NCBI GenBank assembly: GCA_943787445.1
Contig: CALSML010000012.1
Location: 24,096 to 88,095 of the forward strand
Direction of reading: 5' to 3'
Source of the DNA: an uncultured Alphaproteobacteria bacterium
GTDB lineage: Bacteria; Pseudomonadota; Alphaproteobacteria; UBA6615
Length of the DNA: 64,000 bases
A program made the translations under genes and the position numbers. Below the pieces are notes generated by a model. It made no database searches. It was not told the origin of the DNA and was given only the letters and a program-made list of their open reading frames with translations. Below are positions 11,258-20,451 of this stretch, piece by piece (within the stretch, counting starts at the first letter, position 1; the number at the start of each line of letters is the position of its first letter).

Positions 11258-12412
11258 ATGCCCGACGAGGGACGCATACAGGAATCGGCCACTCAGGCCG
11301 ATGACACAATGGCTGCACCACGCAAACGCCAGACCAGTGTGTATGTCCGCGGCATCGTGATCGCCGGGATCGTTGTTCTGGCCATTGCCGGTGCAGGTCG
11401 CTGGGCCTATTGGCAATGGAGTCATGTGAGCGAAACCGATGCCCGCATCACGGCCGACACGGTCGCGATCTCAAGCCGTGTCGCCGGATGGATTGTCGCG
11501 CTGCCCGTGGCCGACGGCGACACGGTCACTCCCGACACACTTCTCATCGAAATCGATTCCCGCCAGTCCCGGCTGCAACTCACAGAATACGGTGCACGTA
11601 TCGAGGGACTCAAGGCTGCCCGGGCGCAGATCGCTTCGGAAATCGAGCTGATCGACAAGACATCCGCAAGCCGGGTTGAAGCCCTGCAGTCGCGCGCGGG
11701 TGCCGCTCGGGTGGCGGTCAGTTCCAGTCGCGAACAGTTTGAACTGGCCCGCGCCGATTTCGAGCGTACCCGCAGCCTGCTCGCAGATCAGATCGTGTCC
11801 CATCGGCGGCTCGATCAGGTCCAGAACGAGCTCAGCCAGGCTCAGGAACGTCACCAGAAGGCTCAGGCGGATCTCACCGCAGCGCTGGCCGATGTCAGCG
11901 AGGCCGAGGCCGAGCGCGGACAGATGACGGTCCTGTCCCGGCGCATTGATGCCCTGCGTCACGAAGAGGCCGAGATCGCGGCACAGCGAGACCAGCAGGC
12001 CCTCGACATTGCAGATCGCACGATCAAGAGCCCGATTGAGGGTGTCGTCTCCGAGACCTTTGTCGATGCCGGCGAATTCGTCAGCCCCGGTCAGCGCCTG
12101 ATGCTGATCCACAACCCCGCCGCCGTCTGGGTTGAAGCCAATATCAAGGAAACCGATATTCGCCACCTCGAACCCGGGATGCCCGTCGACGTTTCCATCG
12201 ACGCTTATCCCGATCGCCACTTCACCGGCACGATCGCCCGGATCGGTCAGGCGGCCACGAGTGAATTTGCGCTGCTGCCGAACCCCAATCCCAGCGGAAA
12301 TTTCACCAAGGTGACCCAGCGCCTGCCTGTTCGCGTTGCGCTGGAACCAAGCGATGTGGCGCTGCGGCCCGGCATGATGGCTGTTGTGAACATCGAAATT
12401 CCCGGCAGGTGA
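11258..12412 (+). CDS. HlyD/EmrA-type membrane fusion protein
   Basis: 384 aa with an N-terminal TM, a long coiled-coil region, and barrel-sandwich/lipoyl-like motifs (VSETDARITADTVAISSRVAGWI). It sits directly upstream of an MFS pump. Confidence 0.85.
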   Translation: MPDEGRIQESATQADDTMAAPRKRQTSVYVRGIVIAGIVVLAIAGAGRWAYWQWSHVSETDARITADTVAISSRVAGWIVALPVADGDTVTPDTLLIEIDSRQSRLQLTEYGARIEGLKAARAQIASEIELIDKTSASRVEALQSRAGAARVAVSSSREQFELARADFERTRSLLADQIVSHRRLDQVQNELSQAQERHQKAQADLTAALADVSEAEAERGQMTVLSRRIDALRHEEAEIAAQRDQQALDIADRTIKSPIEGVVSETFVDAGEFVSPGQRLMLIHNPAAVWVEANIKETDIRHLEPGMPVDVSIDAYPDRHFTGTIARIGQAATSEFALLPNPNPSGNFTKVTQRLPVRVALEPSDVALRPGMMAVVNIEIPGR

Positions 12413-12428
12413 TTGCCGGACGCCGGAT

Positions 12429-13997
12429 ATGACCGCCGCAACCCTGCCCGATACGCCCGCGCCACGCCGCTCTGATGCAACACGCCTTGTCATCCACCGA
12501 TGGCTGGTGGTCACGGTCGGCCTGAGTTCGTCTCTGGCCCTCTCTCTCTCCGGAACCATCACCAATGTGGCGGTCCCGGACATCATGGGGGCCTTCGGGG
12601 TCGGACAGGATCAGGCCCAGTGGATGGCAACTGCTTTCTTTGCAGCGATGACCGCCGCCATGCTGATCAGCGACTGGCTGACGCGCAGCTTTGGCATGCG
12701 CACCGTCTTCGTGTTCATGATGATCGCTTTCGTGGCCGGCTCCATCGCCGGCGGGACTGCGCAGAGCTATAGCCTCGTGGTGCTCGGACGTGCCGTGCAG
12801 GGTTTTGCAGCAGGTGCCATCCTGCCCTTGACCATGATGGCCATGTTCTCGGTCTTCCCGCCCGAACGCCGCGCCATGGTCGCCGGTCTGTTCGGGATCA
12901 GTTTCATCATGGGTCCCGGTCTGGGTCCGTGGTTCGGCGGCATGGCGATCGATGCCTTCGACTGGCGCTTCACCTTCTATGTGGCACTGCCCGTCGCCTT
13001 CATTTCGGTCATGCTGGCACTGGTCGTGTTCCCCGGACGCGATCGCGATGCGCCCCTCGCTCGCCTCGACTGGCTCGGCTTTCTGCTCGTCGCCGTCTTT
13101 CTCACCGCAACCCTGACCGGGCTGTCGAACGGTCAGCTCAAGGGCTGGGATTCCAACTTCGTTGTGGCCATGCTCTGTCTCGGGTTCGGTGCAGTCATCG
13201 GCTTCGTCCTTTGGGAACTTCGGGTCGCCGACCCGATCTTCGACATCCGCCTTCTGCGCAATCCCAAATTTGCCTTTGCCTGTCTGGCTTCGTTTCTGGT
13301 CGGCTTCACGATGTTCGGCTCCTTCTATCTGCAGCCGGTCTTCGTCCAGATCGTCCAGAACTACTCGCCGCTGCGCGCCGGGCTTGTACTTGTCCCCGGG
13401 GGCATCGCCATGGGGATCGCACTGCCCCTGGCCGGACGTCTCGCGGACCGTTACCCGCCCTCCATCATTCTGGCCAGCGGCTTCCTCATCTTTGCCGTCT
13501 CGACCTGGCTGATGGGGCTGACGGATGCCAACACATCCTTCTGGAGTTTCGCCATCCTCGTACTGCTCGGGCGTATCGGTCAGGGATTCCTGTTCCCGCC
13601 TGTCACCTCAGCCGGGTTGGCCGCAGCACCCGCCCAGAAGATGGGTACCGCCAACGGTATGCTCAACTTCACACGGCAGATGGGGGGCGCTTTCGGGATC
13701 AATCTTCTGGCAATCAATCTCGAACGCCGGACCGCCTATTTCAGCGAATTGCTCGCCGCAACACAGACCGAAGCCAACACGACGACCCAGGAACTGCTTG
13801 CCACCGTACGCGGTATGCTCGACACGGCAGGGCTGCCAGAGATCACCGAAACCCTCGTCGCCAAACTCTATCTCGGACGAGTCATAGCTGCGCAGGCCAC
13901 TGCACTGGCATTTCGCGACACCTTCTTTGTGTTTGCGATTGTCAGCTTCATCGCCGTGGGTGTTGCACTCGCCCTGTGGTCACCGCGGCGGAGATAA
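12429..13997 (+). CDS. MFS transporter, DHA2 (EmrB/QacA) 14-TM family
   Basis: 522-aa polytopic ORF with the motif LGRAVQGFAAGAILP. It is paired with the upstream membrane fusion protein. Confidence 0.85.
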   Translation: MTAATLPDTPAPRRSDATRLVIHRWLVVTVGLSSSLALSLSGTITNVAVPDIMGAFGVGQDQAQWMATAFFAAMTAAMLISDWLTRSFGMRTVFVFMMIAFVAGSIAGGTAQSYSLVVLGRAVQGFAAGAILPLTMMAMFSVFPPERRAMVAGLFGISFIMGPGLGPWFGGMAIDAFDWRFTFYVALPVAFISVMLALVVFPGRDRDAPLARLDWLGFLLVAVFLTATLTGLSNGQLKGWDSNFVVAMLCLGFGAVIGFVLWELRVADPIFDIRLLRNPKFAFACLASFLVGFTMFGSFYLQPVFVQIVQNYSPLRAGLVLVPGGIAMGIALPLAGRLADRYPPSIILASGFLIFAVSTWLMGLTDANTSFWSFAILVLLGRIGQGFLFPPVTSAGLAAAPAQKMGTANGMLNFTRQMGGAFGINLLAINLERRTAYFSELLAATQTEANTTTQELLATVRGMLDTAGLPEITETLVAKLYLGRVIAAQATALAFRDTFFVFAIVSFIAVGVALALWSPRRR

Positions 13998-14033
13998 TCC
14001 GACCGATCAGGTCTTCAGGTCCGGTTCTGAAAA

Positions 14034-15401
14034 CTACCAGGCATATTCCTCGAAGGCGCGTTCCACGTTTCCGTTCCAGCGGCCCTCAAAGGCCGCCAGT
14101 TTGTTCTCCGCCGGAGTCAGACCGCTGTCGACGATCTGTTCCAGAGTCGCCAGGAAATGGGTTTCGTCCCGTCCCCAGAAATCCGTCAGCGCGCGATTCT
14201 TGAGACCGCGGCGCGAGATCGCGAGTGCCTCGCGCGCAATATCGAGCATGGTGTGATTGCGGAAGGGGGTCGCCAGCCCGTGCTCGGGAACCGCATTGCG
14301 CAGATCGATCACCTCATCGGCGGACCAGTCGGCGATCATGTCGCTGGCAGCGTCCAGCGCATCTGAATCATAGAGCAGCCCAACCCAGAACGCCGGCAGC
14401 GCGCAGACCCGACGCCACGGACCGCCATCCGCGCCGCGCATTTCGAGAAACTTCTTCAGGCGCACTTCAGGAAACAGGGTCGTTGTGTGATCGGTCCAGT
14501 CACCCATGGTGGCATGTTCACCCGGACGCGCGGGCAGGTTGCCTTCCATGAAGTCCCGGAAGGACTGCCCCGATGCATCGACATACCCACCGTCGCGATA
14601 GACGAAATACATCGGCGTATCGAGCACATAATCAACATAGCGCTCGTAACCAAAGTCATCATCGAACACGAAAGGCAGGATGCCCGAGCGGTCGTTGTCC
14701 ACATCGGTCCAGACATGGCTGCGCAGGCTCCGATATTTCGTGGCCTGCCCCTCACGGAACGGCGAATTGGCAAATAGCGCCGTCGCGACAGGCTGCAAGG
14801 CCATGCCCACGCGCATTTTGCACACCATATCGGCTTCATCGGAGAAATCGAGATTCACCTGAACGGTGCAAGTGCGGAGCATCATGTCGTGCCCCATAGT
14901 GCCGACCTTGGTCATGTACTCCCGCATGATCTTGTAGCGGCCCTTGGGCATCCAGGGTGCATCTTCGCGCTTGAGCGTGGGATGGAACCCCATGCCGATC
15001 ATCGCCACGCCGAGCTCGCCATTCACTTCCCGCAGCTGGCGCAGATGCTCGTGGACCTCGTCACACGTCTGGTGCAGGGTCTCGAGCGGCGAACCGGAAA
15101 GTTCGAACTGCCCACCGGGTTCGAGGGAAATATTGGCACCGCTTTCGCCAGTCAGCGCGATGACATTGTCGCCCTCATAAACCGGCTCCCAGCCAAACCG
15201 CTGGAGACCTTCGAGCAGATCACGAATACCCGGCGTACTGTCATAGGCGAGGGTCTGATGATCCGATTGCCGGAATGCGAATTTTTCGTGCTCGGTCCCG
15301 ATCCGCCAATCCGCTTTCGGCTTTTCGCCTTCGGCGATCCAGTCGATAAGCTGCTGCTTGGATTCGATGACCGGGCCGCCACCTGAAGACGGAGCTGCCA
15401 T
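14034..15401 (-). CDS. gshA: glutamate--cysteine ligase, plant/alphaproteobacterial type (GCS2)
   Basis: 455-aa ORF. The block IGTEHEKF...GGQFELSG...CTVQVNLDF is typical of GCS2-type GshA. Confidence 0.87.
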   Translation of the reverse strand: MAAPSSGGGPVIESKQQLIDWIAEGEKPKADWRIGTEHEKFAFRQSDHQTLAYDSTPGIRDLLEGLQRFGWEPVYEGDNVIALTGESGANISLEPGGQFELSGSPLETLHQTCDEVHEHLRQLREVNGELGVAMIGMGFHPTLKREDAPWMPKGRYKIMREYMTKVGTMGHDMMLRTCTVQVNLDFSDEADMVCKMRVGMALQPVATALFANSPFREGQATKYRSLRSHVWTDVDNDRSGILPFVFDDDFGYERYVDYVLDTPMYFVYRDGGYVDASGQSFRDFMEGNLPARPGEHATMGDWTDHTTTLFPEVRLKKFLEMRGADGGPWRRVCALPAFWVGLLYDSDALDAASDMIADWSADEVIDLRNAVPEHGLATPFRNHTMLDIAREALAISRRGLKNRALTDFWGRDETHFLATLEQIVDSGLTPAENKLAAFEGRWNGNVERAFEEYAW

Positions 15402-15417
15402 ATGAGAAAATCCCCGA

Positions 15418-16200
15418 TTAAATCGATAACTTCAACCGCGTGGACGTCCAGTCCCCGGCGATCGACTGCACCACAGACAGGGTCGCCAGCGCGGCCGTGT
15501 CAGCCCGCAACACCCGCGGACCAAGCCCTATGAAGGTAACAAAGGGCAGTTCACCGAGTTGGTCAAGTTCGTCCGGCGCAAAGCCGCCCTCCGGTCCGGT
15601 CATAACGGCATAGGGACGCCGCTGGCCCGCCAGTTCGCTCGCCACCTCGGCGACGGGCCGCCCGGTCCCGGTTTCATCGCCGACCAGCAACAGGCGATCG
15701 CGCGGCCAGTCGCGCAGGAAATCCTGAAACTTCGCTGGCTCGGCAATCTCTGGCACTGTCAGGCGTTCCGATTGTTCGGCGGCTTCAATCGCATTGGCAT
15801 GCAATCGCCTGATATTGACCCGGTCGGTGTTGGTGTGCGCTGTGACGACCGGCAACAATCGCGACACCCCAATCTCGGTGGCCTTGGCTGTCAGGAAACT
15901 CACCGCCGTGCGCTTGATCGGGGCGAAAACCAGCCACAAATCGGGTTCCTCGGCCTGATCGCGCAGCAACTCGACCGGTTCCAGCAGCACCGCGCCACGT
16001 TTCGCAGCCACGATGGTGGCCCAGTATTCGCCGTCCCGCCCATTGAACACGGCGATCCGATCACCCTCGCCCTTTCGCATCACATTCTGCAGATAATGGC
16101 TCTGATCCCGGTTCAGTGACACGGGCGCTCCGGTCATCAGATCGTCTTCGACATAAAGACGCAGTCGCGTGAAACTCGCTTTATTTCCAGCCATCTGCAT
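15418..16200 (-). CDS. rsmE: 16S rRNA (uracil1498-N3)-methyltransferase
   Basis: 260 aa with an N-terminal PUA-like region (HYLQNVMRKGEGD) and a C-terminal SPOUT knot (MTGPEGGF...LGPRVLRADTAA). Confidence 0.84.
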   Translation of the reverse strand: MQMAGNKASFTRLRLYVEDDLMTGAPVSLNRDQSHYLQNVMRKGEGDRIAVFNGRDGEYWATIVAAKRGAVLLEPVELLRDQAEEPDLWLVFAPIKRTAVSFLTAKATEIGVSRLLPVVTAHTNTDRVNIRRLHANAIEAAEQSERLTVPEIAEPAKFQDFLRDWPRDRLLLVGDETGTGRPVAEVASELAGQRRPYAVMTGPEGGFAPDELDQLGELPFVTFIGLGPRVLRADTAALATLSVVQSIAGDWTSTRLKLSI

Positions 16201-16244
16201 TTCCGGGATTGGGGCGCGGGGCCTGCTGGGTTAACACTGGTGCC

Positions 16245-17171
16245 ATGAGTGGAACGCCACATCATAACGCGAGTGACATACCCCGTGACAGCTGGGTCGA
16301 TCAATATACGCCCGCCCCCCTGCGCCCCTATGCACGGCTGATGCGTCTGGATCGTCCCATCGGAACCTGGCTGCTGCTACTGCCGGGCTGGTGGGCGCTG
16401 GCCATCGCCGAAACACCGGGGCACTGGCCAAATCTGTTCTGGGTCGCCCTGTTCGGGATCGGCGCCATCCTGATGCGCGGGGCCGGTTGTGTGATCAACG
16501 ACCTGTTTGATCGGGACTTCGATGCACAGGTCGCCCGCACGGCCGACCGCCCGCTGGCTTCCGGTGTCATCCGTGTTCGCGCCGCTCTGGTGTTTCTGGC
16601 CGCACTTATGCTGATCAGCCTTGGCATTCTGGTCCAGTTCAATCTCTTCGCCATGGCCATCGGTGCCCTCAGCCTCTTGTTGGTCGTGCCCTACCCGCTG
16701 ATGAAACGCATCACCTGGTGGCCTCAGGCCTGGCTGGGCCTGACCTTCAACTGGGGCGCCCTGCTCGGCTGGGCGGTGGTGCAGGGCAGCCTCGAACCCG
16801 CAGCCTTCGTTCTCTATGCCGGCGGCTTCTTCTGGACGCTGGGCTACGACACGATCTACGCCCATCAGGACAAGGAAGACGACGCATTGGTCGGCATCAA
16901 GTCGACCGCCCGGTTGCTCGGGACACAGTCACGTCCCTGGATTGCCGGCTTCTACACCATCTGTCTAGCCCTGCTGACGCTCTCGGGATGGATGGTCGAG
17001 ATGGCCTGGCCCTACTGGATCGGCCTCGCGATCGGCGCTGCTCATCTCGTCTGGCAAACCGTGACCATCGATTTCGATGATCCGAAAGACTGCCTAAAGA
17101 AATTCCGGGCCAACCGCGATTTTGGCCTGATCATCTTCGTCGCTGCCATCGCGGCACGCGCGCTTGTCTGA
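16245..17171 (+). CDS. ubiA: 4-hydroxybenzoate polyprenyltransferase
   Basis: UbiA prenyltransferase with the motifs NDLFDRDFD and YAHQDKEDD. I take the start at the ATG at 16245; the track ORF starts at a TTG at 16209. Confidence 0.87.
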   Translation: MSGTPHHNASDIPRDSWVDQYTPAPLRPYARLMRLDRPIGTWLLLLPGWWALAIAETPGHWPNLFWVALFGIGAILMRGAGCVINDLFDRDFDAQVARTADRPLASGVIRVRAALVFLAALMLISLGILVQFNLFAMAIGALSLLLVVPYPLMKRITWWPQAWLGLTFNWGALLGWAVVQGSLEPAAFVLYAGGFFWTLGYDTIYAHQDKEDDALVGIKSTARLLGTQSRPWIAGFYTICLALLTLSGWMVEMAWPYWIGLAIGAAHLVWQTVTIDFDDPKDCLKKFRANRDFGLIIFVAAIAARALV

Positions 17172-17180
17172 CGGCTATTC

Positions 17181-17558
17181 CTATGGTGCCGGTGTGATGA
17201 CGTTCATCGCGCCACCCTGGGGATCAAAGAAACCACCAATACGGCCAATCCCCGAAATATCGAATGCTTCGTAGATCTGTGTTCCGCCAGCTTCCACGGC
17301 AGCGCGAACTGTCGCGTCGACATCATCCACCTGAATATACGCACGCCAATGGGACGGCGTTCCTTCCGGCATATTCTCCGTATGGGCCATCATGCCCGCA
17401 GCCGGGGCGCCATCAACCATCGCCATGTAGTAGGTGCCGCCATCGGCAGTTTCCATTGATGTGAATTCCCAGCCAATCGTCTTCTCGTAGAAGGTTTTGG
17501 CACCCTAAAGGTCAGTTGTTGAAAGTTCGTTCCAATGAAAATTTCCATGCTTTGCCAC
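17181..17558 (-). pseudogene. VOC (glyoxalase/bleomycin-resistance) family protein with an in-frame TAG
   Basis: The reading frame from the GTG at 17558 gives AKHGNFHWNELSTTDL-TAG-GAKTFYEKTIGWEFTSMETADGG... and continues into track ORF 17181..17456. The TAG at 17505..17507 splits a conserved VOC N-terminal beta-alpha-beta module. Confidence 0.7.
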
Positions 17559-17573
17559 TGTCGGCCTCCATTA

Positions 17574-17593
17574 ATTTAACTAATAAGTTAAAT
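17574..17593. promoter_or_regulatory. AT-rich inverted repeat ATTTAAC-TAATAA-GTTAAAT in the VOC upstream intergenic region
   Basis: 7-bp arms with a 6-nt spacer, read directly from the sequence. It is embedded in the only strongly AT-rich stretch of the window. No function has been demonstrated. Confidence 0.2.
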
Positions 17594-17633
17594 AAAAACC
17601 CACTGCCACCCACGGACAAGCAGCAGTGCAGGC

Positions 17634-18356
17634 CTAGACATCCACAATATCGTGATCGGCATGAACGACCGGCAGGGCCGCCTGCTCAAGCTGCGCCACG
17701 CGCGCCTTGCGTAGTTCGGCATCCGCGATATGCGCGCGGACAAATCCGGCCAGGTCATCACCCGGCGCAAGCCAGTCCCGCATCATCGCCAGAGCCTCGC
17801 GTTGACCGTAGGCTGTATATGTCCGCCCTTCCGAGGCCACTTCCCGAAGCGCGAATGGCTGACTGCCGTCGCCGACATGTCCGCGAAAACTGAGATAGGC
17901 ATAGGCGCGATCCAGCCGGCTGCCGTCATCAAGTTCCAGATTCAGATTGTCGAGATGGGCAAAATCGTAGCTGTCGATTTCCGTCGGATGCATGATCTCC
18001 AATTCAGCATCACTGAGCCAGTTCACCGCCACGGCCACACGTGTTTCCGGCACATGGCGCAGCGCGGCAGGCAGCGAGCCATAGCTTGAAAAATGTGCCG
18101 AATAGACCACGTCATGATCACTCAGCCAGGCGCGCTGGACCGGAATGGGCTGATGGTCGGTGCCGTATTTCTGGCGCAGGCGCAGTGGGGACTGGTTCGA
18201 ACCATAGCCGATCACCGGTCGCCGCCCCGCTCGCAACGCCGGATCAAACGGTGCTTCGGCACCGGCGATAAAGGTGAAGGAATGCGCGGTGATGTCGTAG
18301 GGATAGCCAACCGCGCGGATCAAAACCGGGTCGGTTTCAAAGGGATCATTGTTCAT
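17634..18356 (-). CDS. hypothetical protein (possible gamma-glutamylcyclotransferase-like fold)
   Basis: 240 aa from the ATG at 18356; the track ORF extends to 18512 but overlaps the ubiD start. The only weak cue to family is VIGYGSNQSPLRLRQKYG. There are no TM helices or signal peptide. Confidence 0.45.
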   Translation of the reverse strand: MNNDPFETDPVLIRAVGYPYDITAHSFTFIAGAEAPFDPALRAGRRPVIGYGSNQSPLRLRQKYGTDHQPIPVQRAWLSDHDVVYSAHFSSYGSLPAALRHVPETRVAVAVNWLSDAELEIMHPTEIDSYDFAHLDNLNLELDDGSRLDRAYAYLSFRGHVGDGSQPFALREVASEGRTYTAYGQREALAMMRDWLAPGDDLAGFVRAHIADAELRKARVAQLEQAALPVVHADHDIVDV

Positions 18357-18440
18357 GAGCGTATTTTCGTCTTCTCCGCCGGCTTCTGCAAGGCGGCCGC
18401 GTTCTTGACGCGCAACGGACTGGCGCACTAAGTCGATACC

Positions 18441-19955
18441 ATGCCTTACAGCGATCTTCGCGAATTCATCTCCAAACTTGAAGAAACCGGTCGCCTGGTT
18501 CGGGTGTCCCATCCGGTTTCAACCCATCTGGAAATGACCGAAATCCAGACCCGCCTGCTCGCCGAGGGCGGCCCGGCCGTCCTGTTCGAGAACGTTATCG
18601 GGGACGACGGAACGCCCAATCCGACACCGGTTCTGGTGAACCTCTTCGGCACGGTCGAACGCGTCGCCTGGGGCATGGACCGGGAACCCGACCAGTTGCG
18701 CGAAGTGGGAGAAACGCTCGCATTCCTGCGCCAGCCTGAACCCCCCGGGGGTCTGCGCGATGCCTGGGAGAAGCTTCCCGTGCTGCGTACCGTGATGGCA
18801 ATGCGCCCCAAGACCGTGAAGTCGGGATCCGTCCACGATGTGGTCCTGACCGGCGAGGACATCGACCTCGCAAAGCTGCCGATCCAGACCTGCTGGCCTG
18901 GTGAACCCGCGCCGCTGATCACGTGGCCGTTGGTCGTCACACAGGGGCCCGACCCGGACGGCAAGCGTGAAGACGCCTTCAATCTCGGCATCTACCGCAT
19001 GCAGGTCACCGGGCCGAAAACCACCTATATGCGCTGGCTCAAGCATCGCGGCGGTGCCCAGCACCATGCGCGCTGGAAGTCCGAACGCCCCGACCCCCTG
19101 CCTGCCGCTGTCGTGATCGGTGCCGATCCGGGTACGATCATCGCCGCCGTGACCCCCGTTCCCGACACATTGTCCGAATACCAGTTCGCCGGCTTGCTGC
19201 GCGGAAAGCGGCTGGAACTGGTGGATTGCAAGACCGTCCCGCTCAAGGTCCCGGCATCTGCAGAAATCGTGATCGAAGGGCATGTGTCCCTCGATGAATA
19301 TGGCGATGAAGGCCCCTATGGAGACCACACCGGCTACTACAATTCGGTGGAGCAGTTCCCGGTGTTTCATGTCAGCGCCATCACCATGCGCCGGGATCCG
19401 ATCTATCTTTCCACCTTCACCGGACGCCCGCCCGACGAGCCCTCGGTGCTCGGCGAAGCACTCAACGATGTCTTCGTGCCGCTCCTGCAACAGGCCTTTC
19501 CCGAGATCGTCGATTTCTGGCTACCCCCCGAGGGGTGCTCCTACCGGATCGCCGTGGTCTCCATGAAGAAGGCCTATCCCGGTCACGCCAAACGCGTGAT
19601 GATGGGTGTGTGGTCGTATTTGCGCCAGTTCATGTACACCAAATGGGTGATCGTCGTGGATGACGACATCGATGTACGGGACTGGAAAGACGTGATGTGG
19701 GCCATTTCCACCCGCATGGACCCCGCCCGGGACATAACCCTGATCGAGGACACGCCGATCGACTATCTGGACTTCGCCTCACCGGTGTCGAGCCTGGGCA
19801 GCAAGGCCGGTCTGGATGCCACCAACAAGATCGAGCCCGAGACGAGCCGCGAATGGGGTCGTCAGATAGATATGGATCAAGATGTCGTCGATAAAGTTTC
19901 GGCAATGTGGGACGATCTGGGCCTGCCCGGGTCAGGCAAGCCAATCTGGAAATAG
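18441..19955 (+). CDS. ubiD: UbiD family decarboxylase (4-hydroxy-3-polyprenylbenzoate decarboxylase)
   Basis: 504 aa with the N-terminus [22 protein letters not shown] and a [10 protein letters not shown] block, both typical of UbiD. Confidence 0.9.
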   Translation: MPYSDLREFISKLEETGRLVRVSHPVSTHLEMTEIQTRLLAEGGPAVLFENVIGDDGTPNPTPVLVNLFGTVERVAWGMDREPDQLREVGETLAFLRQPEPPGGLRDAWEKLPVLRTVMAMRPKTVKSGSVHDVVLTGEDIDLAKLPIQTCWPGEPAPLITWPLVVTQGPDPDGKREDAFNLGIYRMQVTGPKTTYMRWLKHRGGAQHHARWKSERPDPLPAAVVIGADPGTIIAAVTPVPDTLSEYQFAGLLRGKRLELVDCKTVPLKVPASAEIVIEGHVSLDEYGDEGPYGDHTGYYNSVEQFPVFHVSAITMRRDPIYLSTFTGRPPDEPSVLGEALNDVFVPLLQQAFPEIVDFWLPPEGCSYRIAVVSMKKAYPGHAKRVMMGVWSYLRQFMYTKWVIVVDDDIDVRDWKDVMWAISTRMDPARDITLIEDTPIDYLDFASPVSSLGSKAGLDATNKIEPETSREWGRQIDMDQDVVDKVSAMWDDLGLPGSGKPIWK

Positions 19956-19998
19956 GACTGTCAGCATCCGGTGATGCTCGAACAAAAGGGGAAATAAC

Positions 19999-20415
19999 AT
20001 GGAAGCAATAGTCGCCGTCGCACCCGTCAACACGATGCTCATTTCGGCCTTGTTGGTCATCATGAAGCTCGCCCTGGGAATTCGTGTCACCAAGTACCGG
20101 GCGCAACACAATATTCTGTGGGGGGACAATGATGACGAGCGGATGGCTCGCCGCATTCGTGCCCATGCAAATCATTCCGAATGAGTTCCCGCCACCCTGA
20201 TCATACTGGGTCTGATCGAAATGATCGGCGTTTCCCCGCTGATCATCGGCATTCTGGGTGCTTCGGTCATTGTCGGCCGCTGTCTCCACGCACTGGGTCT
20301 GGCTGGCAACGCCGAAGCGTTCAACCGCGCCACCGGTATTGCCATCAACTGGGGCGTGCTGGCCCTCTGCGCGCTGATCGCGATCATCGAGTTCTTCGCA
20401 ACCGGTACGTTTTAA
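19999..20415 (+). pseudogene. MAPEG family membrane protein with an in-frame TGA
   Basis: Track ORFs 19999..20184 and 20221..20415 share one frame. Read through, it gives ...RIRAHANHSE-TGA-VPATLIILGLIEMIGVSPL..., matching the MAPEG HxNxxE(Y/W)xP loop. The TGA is at 20182..20184. Confidence 0.7.
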
Positions 20416-20451
20416 CCCTGAAGCAGGACGCGCAGCCGCGCGATCAACACC

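Noticed and set aside
20182-20184. The in-frame TGA in the MAPEG gene as selenocysteine, or as TGA=Trp (code 4) recoding.
   Set aside because: TGA is used as a genuine terminator by many intact genes in the window, including the ATGA-coupled pairs msbA/waaA, waaA/lpxK and egtB/egtD. MAPEG proteins are not selenoproteins, and I saw no stem-loop resembling a SECIS element immediately downstream. In-frame TAG and TAA also occur in other genes, which points to ordinary nonsense mutations.
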